From Eledone cirrhosa (Eukaryota): 64,000 nt of DNA. The notes beneath the pieces are model-generated. The model was not told the DNA's origin. It made no database searches and saw only the letters and a list, made by a program, of their open reading frames with translations. Numbering within the stretch: position 1 is the stretch's first letter; every line of letters begins with the position of its first letter. Shown here piece by piece: positions 43,401 through 57,500 of this stretch. The position numbers were made by a program, and so were the translations under genes. Location of the stretch: assembly GCA_964016885.1 (NCBI GenBank), contig OZ024745.1, forward strand, positions 64,666,001 through 64,730,000, written 5' to 3'.

Positions 43401-45700
43401 GATCCATTTTTTATTTGGGGGATCCATTTTTTATTTGGGTGATCCATTTTTTATTTGGGTGATCCATTTTTTATTTGGGGGATCCATTTTTTATTTGGGT
43501 GATCCTTTTTTATTTGGAGATCCATTTTGTATTTGGGTGATCCATTTTTTAATTGGGTGATCCATTTTTTATTTGGGTGATCCATTTTTTATTTGGGGGA
43601 TCCATTTTTTATTTGGGTGATCCATTTTTTATTTGGGGATCCATTTTTTATTTGGGTGATCCATTTTTTATTTGGGTGATCCATTTTTTATTTGGGGGAT
43701 ACATTTTTTATTTGGGTGATCCATTTTTTATTTGGGGGGGTCCATTTTTTATTTGGGGGATCCATTTTTTATTTGGGTGATCCATTTTTTATTTGGGGGA
43801 TCCATTTTTTATTTGGGGGATTCATTTTTTATTTGGGTGATCCATTTTTTATTAGGGGGATCCATTTTTTATTTGGGTGATCCATTTTTATTTGGAGATC
43901 TATTTTTTATTTAGGTGATCCATTTTATAATTGGGTGATCCATTTTTTATTTGGGGGATCCATTTTTTATTTGGGGGATCCATTATTTATTTGGGTGATC
44001 CATTTTTTATTTGGGTGATCCATTTTTTATTTGGGTGATCCATTTTTTATTTGGGTGATCCATTTTTTATTTGGGGGATCCATTTTTTATTTCGGGGATC
44101 CATTTTTTATTTGGGTGATTCATTTTTTATTTGGGGGATCCATTTTTTATTTTGGGTGATCCATTTTTTATTAGGGGGATCCATTTTTTATTTGGGTGAT
44201 CCATTTTTATTTGTAGATCCATTTTTTATTTGGGTGATCCATTTTTTAATTGGATGATCCATTTTTTATTTGGGGGATCCATTTTTTATTTGGGGGATCC
44301 ATTATTTATTTGGGTGATCCATTTTTTATTTGGGTGGTCCATTTTTTATTCGGGGGATCCATTTTTTATTTGGGTGATCCATTTTTTATTTGGGTGATCC
44401 ATTTTTTAATTGGGGATCCATTTTTTATTTAGTTGATCCATTTTTTAATTGGGTGATGCATTTTTTATTTGGGGGATCCATTTTTTATTTGGGGGATCCA
44501 TTTTTTATTTGGGGGATCCATTGTTTATTTGGGTGATCCATTTTTTATTTGGGTGATCCATTTTTTATTTGGGGGATCCATTTTGTATTTGGGTGATCCA
44601 TTTTTTATTTGGGTGATCCATTTTTTATTTGGGTGATCCATTTTTTATTTGTGGGATCCATTTTTTATTTGGGTGATCCATTTTTTATTTGGGGGATCCT
44701 TTTTTTATTTGGGTGATCCATTTTTTATTTGGGTGATGCATTTTTTATTTGGGGGATCCATTTTTTTATTTGGGTGATCCATTTTTTATTTGGGTGATCC
44801 ATTTTTTATTTGGGGGATCCATTTTTTATTTGGGTGATCCATTTTTTATTTGGGGGATCCATTTTTTATTTGGGGGATCCATTTTTTATTTGGGTGATCA
44901 ATTTTTTATATGTGTGATCCATTTTTTATTTGGGAGGATCCATTTTTAATTTGGGTGATCCATTTTTTATTTGGGGGATCCATTTTTTATTTGGGTGATC
45001 CATTTTTTATTTGGGGGATCCATTTTTTATTTGGGTGATCCATTTTTTATTTGGGTGATCCATTTTTTAATTGGGTGATCCATTTTTTATTTGGGGGATC
45101 CATTTTTTATTTGGGTGATCCATTTTTTAGTTGGGTGGTCCATTTTTTATTTGGGTGATCCATTTTTTATTTGGGGGATCCATTTTTTATTTGGGTGATC
45201 CATTTTTTATTTGGGGATCCATTTTTTATTTGGGTGATCCATTTTTTCTTTGGGTGATCCATTTTTTATTTGGGGGATCCATTTTTTATTTGGGTGATTC
45301 ATTTTTTATTTGGGGGGTCCATTTTTTATTTGGGGGATCCATTTTTATTTGGGTGATCCATTTTTTATTTGGGGGATCCATTTTTTATTTGGGTGATCCA
45401 TTTTTTATTTGGGTTGATCCCTTTTTTATTTGGGGGATCCATTTTTTATTTGGGTGATCCATTTTTTATTTGGAGGATCCATTTTTTATTTGGGTGATCC
45501 ATTTTTTATTTGAGGGATCCATTCTATATTTGGGTGATCCATTTTTTATTTGGGGGATCCATTATTTATTTGGGTGATCCATTTTTTATTTGGGTGATCC
45601 ATTTTTTATTTGGGTGATCCATTTTTTATTTGGGTGATCCATTTTTTATTTGGGGATCCATTTTTTATTTGGGTGATCCATTTTTTATTTGGGTGATCCA
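28790..45700 (+). repeat. Tandem duplication of a ~8.2-8.6-kb higher-order unit (~28790-37430 and ~37430-45700)
   Basis: Offsets step from 8,634 (29056/37690) to 8,317 (30671/38988 through 32987/41304), then 8,297 (33507/41804), then 8,198 (36052/44250 through 37432/45630). Markers ATAG at 31504/39821 and ATATGTGTGATCC at ~36711/44908. Confidence 0.92.
33326..34960 (+). repeat. Nested tandem duplication of an 815-bp unit (41 monomers); also at ~41620-43260, partial at ~25770-26880
   Basis: ORF pairs 33507/34322, 33843/34658, 41804/42619 and 42140/42955. Markers GATCAATTTTTTAATT and TTAGTTGGGTGGTCC (G at 25949/26764). Confidence 0.88.
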
Positions 45701-45849
45701 TTTTTTATTTGGGGGATCCATTTTTTATTTGGGTGATCCATTTTTTATTTGGGGATCCATTTTTTATTTGGGTGATCCATTTTTTATTTGGGTGATCCAT
45801 TTTTTATTTGGGGGATCCATTTTTTATTTGGGTGATCCATTTTTTATTT

Positions 45850-46760
45850 GGGGGTCCATTTTTTATTTGGGGGTCCATTTTTTATTTGGGGGATCCATTT
45901 TTATTTGGGTGATCCATTTTTTATTTGGGGGATCCATTTTTTATTTGGGTGATCCATTTTTTATTTGGGTTGATCCCTTTTTGATTTGGGGGATCCATTT
46001 TTTATTTGGGTGATCCATTTTTTATTTGGGGGATCCATTTTTTATTTGGGGGATCCATTTTTTATTTGGTTGATCCATTTTTTATTAGGGGGATCCATTT
46101 TTTATTTGGGTGATCCATTTTAATTTGGAGATCCATTTTTTGTTTAGGTGATCCATTTTATAATTGGGTGATCCATTTTTTATTTGGGGGATCCATTTTT
46201 TATTTGGGGGATCCATTTTTTATTTGGGTGATCCATTTTTTATTTGGGTGATCCATTTTTTATTTGGGTGATCCATTTTTTATTTGGGTGATCCATTTTT
46301 TATTTGGGGGATCCATTTTTTATTTGGGTGATCCATTTTTTATTTGGGTGATCCATTTTTTATTTGGGGGATCCATTTTTTATTTGGGTGATCCATTTTT
46401 TATTTGGGGGTCCATTTTTTATTTGGGGGATCCATTTTTATTTGGGTGATCCATTTTTTATTTGGGGGATCCATTTTTTATTTGGGTGATCCATTTTTTA
46501 TTTGGGTTGATCCCTTTTTGATTTGGGGGATCCATTTTTTATTTGGGTGATCCATTTTTTATTTGGGGGATCCATTTTTTATTTGGGGGATCCATTTTTT
46601 ATTTGGTTGATCCATTTTTTATTAGGGGGATCCATTTTTTATTTGGGTGATCCATTTTAATTTGGAGATCCATTTTTTGTTTAGGTGATCCATTTTATAA
46701 TTGGGTGATCCATTTTTTATTTGGGGGATCCATTTTTTATTTGGGGGATCCATTATTTAT
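45850..46760 (+). repeat. Local duplication with a ~537-bp period
   Basis: The private marker TCCCTTTTTGATTT lies at 45974 and 46511, each followed by the same GGTTGATCC / TTAGGGG / GGAGATCC / GTTTAGG series. Confidence 0.75.
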
Positions 46761-48739
46761 TTGGGTGATCCATTTTTTATTTGGGTGATCCATTTTTTAT
46801 TTGGGTGATCCATTTTTTATTTGGGTGATCCATTTTTTATTTGGGTGATCCATTTTTTATTTGGGGGATCCATTTTTTATTTGGGTGATCCATTTTTTAT
46901 TTGGGTGATCCATTTTTTATTTGAGGGATCCATTTTATATTTGGGTGATCCATTTTTTATATGGGTGATCCATTTTTTATTTGGGGGATCCATTTTTTAT
47001 TTGGGGGATCCATTTTTTATTTGGGGGATCCATTTTTTATTTGGGGGATCCATTTTTTATTTCGGGGATCCATTTTTTATTTGGGTGATTCATTTTTTAT
47101 TTGGGGGATCCATTTTTTATTTGGGTGATCCATTTTTTTTATTTGGGGGTCCATTTTTTATTTGGGTGATCCATTTTTTATTTGGATGATCCATTTTTTA
47201 ATTGGGTGATCCATTTTTATTTGGGTGATCCATTTTTTACTTGGGGTATCCATTTTTTATTTGGGTGATCCATTTTTTATTTTGCTGATTCATTTTTTAT
47301 TTGGGTGATCCATTTTTTATTTGGGGGATCCATTTTTTATTTGGGTGAACCATTTTTTATTTGGGAGATCCATTTTTTATTTGGGTGATCCATTTTTTAT
47401 TTGGGTGATCCATTTTTTATTTGGGGGATCCATTTTTTATTTGGGTGATCCATTTTTTATTTGGGTGATCCATTTTTTATTTGGGGGATCCATTTTTTAT
47501 TTGGGGGATCCATTTTTTATTTGGGTGATCCATTTTTATTTGGAGATCCATTTTGTATTTGGGTGATCCATTTTTTAATTGGGTGATCCATTTTTTATTT
47601 GGGTGATCCATTTTTTATTTGGGGGATCCATTTTTTATTTGGGTGATCCATTTTTTATTTGGGTGGTCCATTTTTTATTTGGGTGATCCATTTTTTATTT
47701 GGGGGATCCATTTTTTATTTGGGTGATCCATTTTTTATTTGGGGATCCATTTTTTATTTGGGTGATCCATTTTTTATTTGGGTGATCCATTTTTTATTTG
47801 GGGGATCCATTTTTTATTTGGGTGATCCATTTTTTATCTGGGGGGGTCCATTTTTTATTTGGGGGATCCATTGTTATTTGGGTGATCCATTTTTTATTTG
47901 GGGGATCCATTTTTTATTTGGGTGATCCCTTTTTTATTTGGGGGATCCATTTTTTATTTGGGTGATCCATTTTTTATTTGGGGGATCCATTTTTTATTTG
48001 GGGGATTCATTTTTTATTTGGGTGATCCATTTTTTATTAGGGGGATCCATTTTTTATTTGGGTGATCCATTTTTATTTGGAGATCCATTTTTTATTTAGG
48101 TGATCCATTTTATAATTGGGTGATCCATTTTTTATTTGGGGGATCCATTTTTTATTTGGGGGATCCATTATTTATTTGGGTGATCCATTTTTTATTTGGG
48201 TGATCCATTTTTTATTTAGGTGATCCATTTTTTATTTGGGTGCTCCATTTTTTATTTGGGTGATCCATTTTTTATTTGGGGGATCCATTTTTTATTTGGG
48301 TGATCCATTTTTTATTTGGGGGATCCATTTTTTATTTGGGTGATCCATTTTTTATTTGGGGGATCCATTTTTTATTTCGGGGATCCATTTTTTATTTGGG
48401 TGATTCATTTTTTATTTGGGGGATCCATTTTTTATTTTGGGTGATCCATTTTTTATTAGGGGGATCCATTTTTTATTTGGGTGATCCATTTTTATTTGTA
48501 GATCCATTTTTTATTTGGGTGATCCATTTTTTAATTGGATGATCCATTTTTTATTTGGGGGATCTATTTTTTATTTGGGGGATCCATTATTTATTTGGGT
48601 GATCCATTTTTTATTTGGGTGATCCATTTTTTGTTCGGGGGATCCATTTTTTATTTGGGTGATCCATTTTTTATTTGGGTGATCCATTTTTTAATTGGGG
48701 ATCCATTTTTTATTTAGTTGATCCATTTTTTAATTGGGT

Positions 48740-50700
48740 GATGCATTTTTTATTTGGGGGATCTATTTTTTATTTGGGGGATCCATTTTTTATTTGGGGG
48801 ATCCATTGTTTATTTGGGTGATCCATTTTTTATTTGGGTGATCCATTTTTTATTTGGGGGATCCATTTTGTATTTGGGTGATCCATTTTTTATTTGGGTG
48901 ATCCATTTTTTATTTGGGTGATCCATTTTTTATTTGTGGGATCCATTTTTTATTTGGGTGATCCATTTTTTATTTGGGGGATCCTTTTTTTATTTGGGTG
49001 ATCCATTTTTTATTTGGGTGATCCATTTTTTATTTGGGGGATCCATTTTTTATTTGGGTGATCCATTTTTTATTTGGGTGATCCATTTTTTATTTGGGGG
49101 ATCCATTTTTTATTTGGGTGATCCATTTTTTATTTGGGGGATCCATTTTTTATTTGGGGGATTCATTTTTTATTTGGGTGATCCATTTTTTATATGGGTG
49201 ATCCATTTTTTATTTGGGGGGATCCATTTTTAATTTGGGTGATCCATTTTTTATTTGGGGGATCCATTTTTTATTTGGGTGATCCATATTTTATTTGGGG
49301 GATCCATTTTTTATTTGGGTGATCCATTTTTTATTTGGGTGATCCATTTTTTAATTGGGTGATCCATTTTTTATTTGGGGGATCCATTTTTTATTTGGGT
49401 GATCCATTTTTTAGTTGGGTGGTCCATTTTTTATTTGGGTGATCCATTTTTTATTTGGGGGATCCATTTTTTATTTGGGTGATCCATTTTTTATTTGGGG
49501 ATCCATTTTTTATTTGGGTGATCCATTTTTTATTTGGGTGATCCATTTTTTATTTGGAGGATCCATTCTTTATTTGGGTGATTCATTTTTTATTTGGGGG
49601 GTCCATTTTTTATTTGGGGGATCCATTTTTATTTGGGTGATCCATTTTTTATTTGGGGGATCCATTTTTTATTTGGGTGATCCATTTTTTATTTGGGTTG
49701 ATCCCTTTTTTATTTGGGGGATCCATTTTTTATTTGGGTGATCCATTTTTTATTTGGGGGATCCATTTTTTATTTGGGTGATCCATTTTTTATTTGAGGG
49801 ATCCATTTTATATTTGGGTGATCCATTTTTTATTTGGGGGATCCATTATTTATTTGGGTGATCCATTTTTTATTTGGGTGATCCATTTTTTATTTGGGTG
49901 ATCCATTTTTTATTTGGGTGATCCATTTTTTATTTGGGTGATACATTTTTTATTTGGGGGATCCATTTTTTATTTGGGTGATCCATTTTTTATTTGGGTG
50001 ATCCATTTTTTATTTGAGGGATCCATTTTATATTTGGGTGATCCATTTTTTATTTGGGTGATCCATTTTTTATTTGGGGGATCCATTTTTTATTTGGGGG
50101 ATCCATTTTTTATTTGGGGGATCCATTTTTTATTTGGGGGATCCATTTTTTATTTCGGGGATCCATTTTTTATTTGGGTGATTCATTTTTTATTTGGGGG
50201 ATCCATTTTTTATTTGGGTGATCCATTTTTTTAATTTGGGGGTCCATTTTTTATTTGGGTGATCCATTTTTTATTTGGGTGATCCATTTTTTAATTGGGT
50301 GATCCATTTTTATTTGGGTGATCCATTTTTTACTTGGGGGATCCATTTTTTATTTGGGTGATCCATTTTTTATTTTGCTGATTCATTTTTTATTTGGGTG
50401 ATCCATTTTTTATTTGGGGGATCCATTTTTTATTTGGGTGAACCATTTTTTATTTGGGGGATCCATTTTTTATTTGGGTGATCCATTTTTTATTTGGGTG
50501 ATCCATTTTTTATTTGGGGGATCCATTTTTTATTTGGGTGATCCATTTTTTATTTGGGTGATCCATTTTTCATTTGGGGGATCCATTTTTTATTTGGGGG
50601 ATCCATTTTTTATTTGGGTGATCCATTTTTATTTGGAGATCCATTTTGTATTTGGGTGATCCATTTTTTAATTGGGTGATCCATTTTTTATTTGGGTGAT
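48740..50700 (+). repeat. ~1.9-kb block duplicated at ~52680-54620 (offset 3,934)
   Basis: ORF pairs 48934/52868, 49415/53349, 49914/53848 and 50414/54348. Several private substitutions separate the copies. Confidence 0.82.
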
Positions 50701-51140
50701 CCATTTTTTATTTGGGGGATCCATTTTTTATTTGGGTGATCCATTTTTTATTTGGGTGGTCCATTTTTTATTTGGGTGATCCATTTTTTATTTGGGGGAT
50801 CCATTTTTTATTTGGGTGATCCATTTTTTATTTGGGGATCCATTTTTTATTTGGGTGATCCATTTTTTATTTGGGTGATCCATTTTTTATTTGGGGGATA
50901 CATTTTTTATTTGGGTGATCCATTTTTTATTTGGGGGGTCCATTTTTTATTTGGGGGATCCATTTTTATTTGGGTGATCCATTTTTTATTTGGGGGATCC
51001 ATTTTTTATTTGGGTGATCCCTTTTTTATTTGGGGGATCCATTTTTTATTTGGGTGATCCATTTTTTTATTTGGGGGATCCATTTTTTATTTGGGGGATT
51101 CATTTTTTATTTGGGTGATCCATTTTTTATTAGGGGGATC

Positions 51141-52240
51141 CATTTTTTATTTGGGTGATCCATTTTTATTTGGAGATCCATTTTTTATTTAGGTGATCCA
51201 TTTTATAATTGGGTGATCCATTTTTTATTTGGGGGATCCATTTTTTATTTGGAGGATCCATTATTTATTTGGGTGATCCATTTTTTATTTGGGTGATCCA
51301 TTTTTTATTTGGGTGATCCATTTTTTATTTGGGTTGATCCCTTTTTTATTTGGGGGATCCATTTTTTATTTGGGTGATCCATTTTTTATTTTGGGGATCC
51401 ATTTTTTATTTGGGTGATCCATTTTTTATTTGGGTGATCCATTTTTTATTTGAGGGACCCATTTTATATTTGGGTGATCCATTTTTTATTTGGGTGATCC
51501 ATTTTTTATTTGGGGGATCCATTTTTTATTTGGGGGATCCATTTTTTATTTGGGGGATCCATTTTTTATTTGGGGGATCCATTTTTTATTTCGGGGATCC
51601 ATTTTTTATTTGGGTGATTCATTTTTTATTTGGGGGATCTATTTTTTATTTGGGTGATCCATTTTTTTTATTTGGGGGTCCATTTTTTATTTGGGTGATC
51701 CATTTTTATTTGGAGATCCATTTTTTATTTAGGTGATCCATTTTATAATTGGGTGATCCATTTTTTATTTGGGGGATCCATTTTTTATTTGGAGGATCCA
51801 TTATTTATTTGGGTGATCCATTTTTTATTTGGGTGATCCATTTTTTATTTGGGTGATCCATTTTTTATTTGGGTTGATCCCTTTTTTATTTGGGGGATCC
51901 ATTTTTTATTTGGGTGATCCATTTTTTATTTTGGGGATCCATTTTTTATTTGGGTGATCCATTTTTTATTTGGGTGATCCATTTTTTATTTGAGGGACCC
52001 ATTTTATATTTGGGTGATCCATTTTTTATTTGGGTGATCCATTTTTTATTTGGGGGATCCATTTTTTATTTGGGGGATCCATTTTTTATTTGGGGGATCC
52101 ATTTTTTATTTGGGGGATCCATTTTTTATTTCGGGGATCCATTTTTTATTTGGGTGATTCATTTTTTATTTGGGGGATCTATTTTTTATTTGGGTGATCC
52201 ATTTTTTTTATTTGGGGGTCCATTTTTTATTTGGGTGATC
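51141..52240 (+). repeat. Essentially perfect tandem duplication of a 540-bp unit (27 monomers)
   Basis: Text lines from 51181 and from 51721 match in register. Private markers TGAGGGACCC (51451/51991), TTTTGGGGATCC and GGATCTA each occur twice. Confidence 0.92.
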
Positions 52241-54519
52241 CATTTTTTATTTGGGTGATCCATTTTTTAATTGGGTGATCCATTTTTATTTGGGTGATCC
52301 ATTTTTTACTTGGGGGATCCATTTTTTATTTGGGTGATCCATTTTTTATTTTGCTGATTCATTTTTTATTTGGGTGATCCATTTTTTATTTGGAGGATCC
52401 ATTTTTTATTTGGGTGAACCATTTTTTATTTGGGGGATCCATTTTTTATTTGGGTGATCCATTTTTTATTTGGGTGATCCATTTTTTATTTGGGGGATCC
52501 ATGTTTTATTTGGGTGATCCATTTTTTTTTTGGGTGATCCATTTTTTATTTGGGGGATCCATTTTTTATTTGGGGGATCCATTTTTTATTTGGGTGATCC
52601 ATTTTTATTTGGAGATCCATTTTGTATTTGGGTGATCCATTTTGTATTTGGGGGATCCATTTTTTAATTGGGTGATCCATTTTTTATTTGGGGGATCCAT
52701 TTTTTATTTGGGGGATCCATTTTTTATTTGGGGGATCCATTGTTTATTTGGGTGATCCATTTTTTATTTGGGTGATCCATTTTTTATTTGGGGGATCCAT
52801 TTTTTATTTGGGTGATCCATTTTTTATTTGGGTGATCCATTTTTTATTTGGGTGATCCATTTTTTATTTGTGGGATCCATTTTTTATTTGGGTGATCCAT
52901 TTTTTATTTGGGGGATCCTTTTTTTATTTGGGTGATCCATTTTTTATTTGGGTGATCCATTTTTTATTTGGGGGATCCATTTTTTATTTGGGTGATCCAT
53001 TTTTTATTTGGGTGATACATTTTTTATTTGGGGGATCCATTTTTTATTTGGGTGATCCATTTTTTATTTGGGGGATCCATTTTTTATTTGGGGGATCAAT
53101 TTTTTATTTGGGTGATCCATTTTTTATTTGGGTGTTCCATTTTTTATTTGGGGGGATCCATTTTTTATTTGGGTGATCCATTTTTTATTTGGGGGATCCA
53201 TTTTTTATTTGGGTGATCCATTTTTTATTTGGGGGATCCATTTTTTATTTGGGTGATCCATTTTTTATTTGGGTGATCCATTTTTTAATTGGGTGATCCA
53301 TTTTTTATTTGGGGGATCCATTTTTTATTTGGGTGATCCATTTTTTAGTTGGGTGGTCCATTTTTTATTTGGGTGATCCATTTTTTATTTGGGGGATCCA
53401 TTTTTTATTTGGGTGATCCATTTTTTATTTGGGGATCCATTTTTTATTTGGGTGATCCATTTTTTATTTGGGTGATCCATTTTTTATTTGGGGGATCCAT
53501 TTTTTATTTGGGTGATTCATTTTTTATTTGGGGGGTCCATTTTTTATTTGGGGGATCCATTTTTATTTGGGTGATCCATTTTTTATTTGGGGGATCCATT
53601 TTTTATTTGGGTGATCCATTTTTTATTTGGGTTGATCCCTTTTTTATTTGGGGGATCCATTTTTTATTTGGGTGATCCATTTTTTATTTGGAGGATCCAC
53701 TTTTTATTTGGGTGATCCATTTTTTATTTGAGGGATCCATTTTATATTTGGGTGATCCATTTTTTATTTGGGGGATCCATTATTTATTTGGGTGATCCAT
53801 TTTTTATTTGGGTGATCCATTTTTTATTTGGGTGATCCATTTTTTATTTGGGTGATCCATTTTTTATTTGGGTGATCCATTTTTTATTTGGGGGATCCAT
53901 TTTTTATTTGGATGATCCATTTTTTATTTGGGTGATCCATTTTTTATTTGAGGGATCCATTTTATATTTGGGTGATCCATTTTTTATTTGGGTGATCCAT
54001 TTTTTATTTGGGGGATCCATTATTTATTTGGGGGATCCATTTTTTATTTGGGGGATCCATTTTTTATTTGGGGGATCCATTTTTTATTTCGGGGATCCAT
54101 TTTTTATTTGGGTGATTCATTTTTTATTTGGGGGATCCATTTTTTATTTGGGTGATCCATTTTTTTTATTTGGGGGTCCATTTTTTATTTGGGTGATCCA
54201 TTTTTTATTTGGGTGATCCATTTTTTAATTGGGTGATCCATCTTTATTTGGGTGATCCATTTTTTACTTGGGGGATCCATTTTTTATTTGGGTGATCCAT
54301 TTTTTATTTTGATGATTCATTTTTTATTTGGGTGATCCATTTTTTATTTGGGGGATCCATTTTTTATTTGGGTGAACCATTTTTTATTTGGGGGATCCAT
54401 CTTTTATTTGGGTGATCCATTTTTTATTTGGGTGATCCATTTTTTATTTGGGGGATCCATTTTTTATTTGGGTGATCCATTTTTTATTTGGGGGATCCAT
54501 TTTTTATTTGGGGGATCCA

Positions 54520-57500
54520 TTTTTTATTTGGGTGATCCATTTTTATTTGGAGATCCATTTTGTATTTGGGTGATCCATTTTTTAATTGGGTGATCCATTT
54601 TTTATTTGGGTGATCCATTTTTTATTTGGGGGATCCATTTTTTATTTGGGGGATCCATTATTTATTTGGGTGATCCATTTTTTATTTGGGTGATCCATTT
54701 TTTATTTGGGTGATCCATTTTTTATTTCGGTGATCCATTTTTTATTTGGGTGATCCATTTTTTATTTGGGGGATCCATTTTTTATTTGGGTGATCCATTT
54801 TTTATTTGGGTGATCCATTTTTTATTTGAGGGATCCATTTTATATTTGGGTGATCCATTTTTTATTTGGGTGATCCATTTTTTATTTGGGTGATCCATTT
54901 TTTATTTGGGGGATCTATTTTTTATTTGGGGGATCCATTTTTTATTTGGGTGATCCATTTTTTATTTGGGTGATCCATTTTTTATTTGGGGGATCCATTT
55001 TTTATTTGGGTGATCCGTTTTTTATTTGGGGGATCCATTTTTTATTTCGGGGATCCATTTTTTATTTGGGTGATTCATTTTTTATTTGGGGGATCCATTT
55101 TTTATTTGGGTGATCCATTTTTTTATTTGGGGGTCCATTTTTTATTTGGGTGATCCATTTTTTATTTGGGTGATCCATTTTTTATTTGGGGGATCCATTT
55201 TTTATTTGGGTCATCCATTTTTTATTTGGGGGATCCATTTTTTATTTGGGGGATCCATTTTTTATTTTGTGTGATCCATTTTTTACTAGGGGGATCCATT
55301 TTTTATTTGGGTGATCCATTTTTATTTGTAGATCCATTTTTTATTTGGGTGATCCATTTTTTAATTGGATGATCCATTTTTTAATTGGGGGATCCATTTT
55401 TTGTTTGGGGGATCCATTATTTATTTGGGTGATCCATTTTTTATTTGGGTGATCCATTTTTTATTTGGGGGATCCATTTTTTATTTGGGTGATCCATTTT
55501 TTATTTGGGTGATCCATTTTTTAATTGGGGGATCCATTTTTTATTTAGTTGATCCATTTTTTAATTGGGTGATCCATTTTTTATTTGGGGGATCCATTTT
55601 TTATTTGGGGGATCCATTTTTTATTTGGGGGATCCATTGTTTATTTGGGTGATCCATTTTTTATTTGGGTGATCCATTTTTTATTTGGGGGATCCATTTT
55701 TTATTTGGGGGATCCATTTTTTATTTGGGTGATCCATTTTTTATTTGGGTGATCCATTTTTTATTTGGGGGATCCATTTTTTATTTGGGTGATCCATTTT
55801 TTATTTGGGTGATCCATTTTTTAATTGGGGGATCCATTTTTTATTTAGTTGATCCATTTTTTAATTGGGTGATCCATTTTTTATTTGGGGGATCCATTTT
55901 TTATTTGGGGGATCCATTTTTTATTTGGGGGATCCATTGTTTATTTGGGTGATCCATTTTTTATTTGGGTGATCCATTTTTTATTTGGGGGATCCATTTT
56001 TTATTTGGGGGATCCATTTTTTATTTGGGTGATCCATTTTTTATTTGGGTGATCCATTTTTTATTTGGGGGATCCATTTTTTATTTGGGGGATCCATTTT
56101 TTATTTGGGTGATCCATTTTTTATTTGGGTGATCCATTTTTTATTTGGGGGGATCCATTTTTAATTTGGGTGATCCATTTTTTATTTGGGGGATCCATTT
56201 TTTAATTGGGTGATCCATTTTTTATTTGGGGGATCCATTTTTTATTTGGGTGATCCATTTTTTATTTGGGGGATCCATTTTTTATTTGGGTGATCCATTT
56301 TTTATTTGGGTGATCCATTTTTTATTTGGGGGATCCATTTTTTATTTCGGGGATCCATTTTTTATTTGGGTGATCCATTTTTATTTGGAGATTCATTTTG
56401 TATTTGGGTGATCCATTTTTTAATTGGGTGATCCATTTTTTTTTTGGGTGACCCATTTTTTATTTGGGGGATCCATTTTTTATTTGGGTGATCCATTTTT
56501 TATTTGGGTGGTCCATTTTTTATTTGGGTGATCCATTTTTTATTTGGGGGATCCATTTTTTATTTGGGTGATCCATTTTTTATTTGGGGATCCATTTTTT
56601 ATTTGGGTGATCCATTTTTTATTTGGGTGATCCATTTTTTATTTGGGGGATACATTTTTTATTTGGGTGATCCATTTTTTATTTGGGGGGGTCCATTTTT
56701 TATTTGGGGGATCCATTTTTATTTGGGTGATCAATTTTTTATTTGGGGGATCCATTTTTTATTTGGGTGATCCCTTTTTTATTTGGGGGATCCATTTTTT
56801 ATTTGGGTGATCCATTTTTTATTTGGGGGATCCATTTTTTATTTGGGGGATTCATTTTTTATTTGGGTGATCCATTTTTTATTAGGGGGATCCATTTTTT
56901 ATTAGGGGGATCCATTTTTTATTTGGGTGATCCATTTTTATTTGGAGATCCATTTTTTATTTAGGTGATCCATTTTATAATTGGGTGATCCATTTTTTAT
57001 TTGGGGGATCCATTATTTATTTGGGTGATCCATTTTTTATTTGGGTGATCCATTTTTTATTTGGGTGATCCATTTTTTATTTGGGTGATCCATTTTTTAT
57101 TTGGGTGATCCATTTTTTATTTGGGGGATCCATTTTTTATTTGGGTGATCCATTTTTTATTTGGGGGATCCATTTTTTATTTGGGTGATCCATTTTTTAT
57201 TTGGGGGATCCATTTTTTATTTCGGGGATCCATTTTTTATTTGGGTGATTCATTTTTTATTTGGGGGATCCATTTTTTATTTTGGGTGATCCATTTTTTA
57301 TTAGGGGGATCCATTTTTTATTTGGGTGATCCATTTTTATTTGTAGATCCATTTTTTATTTGGGTGATCCATTTTTTAATTGGATGATCCATTTTTTATT
57401 TGGGGGATCCATTTTTTATTTGGGGGATCCATTATTTATTTGGGTGATCCATTTTTTATTTGGGTGATCCATTTTTTATTCGGGGGATCCATTTTTTATT

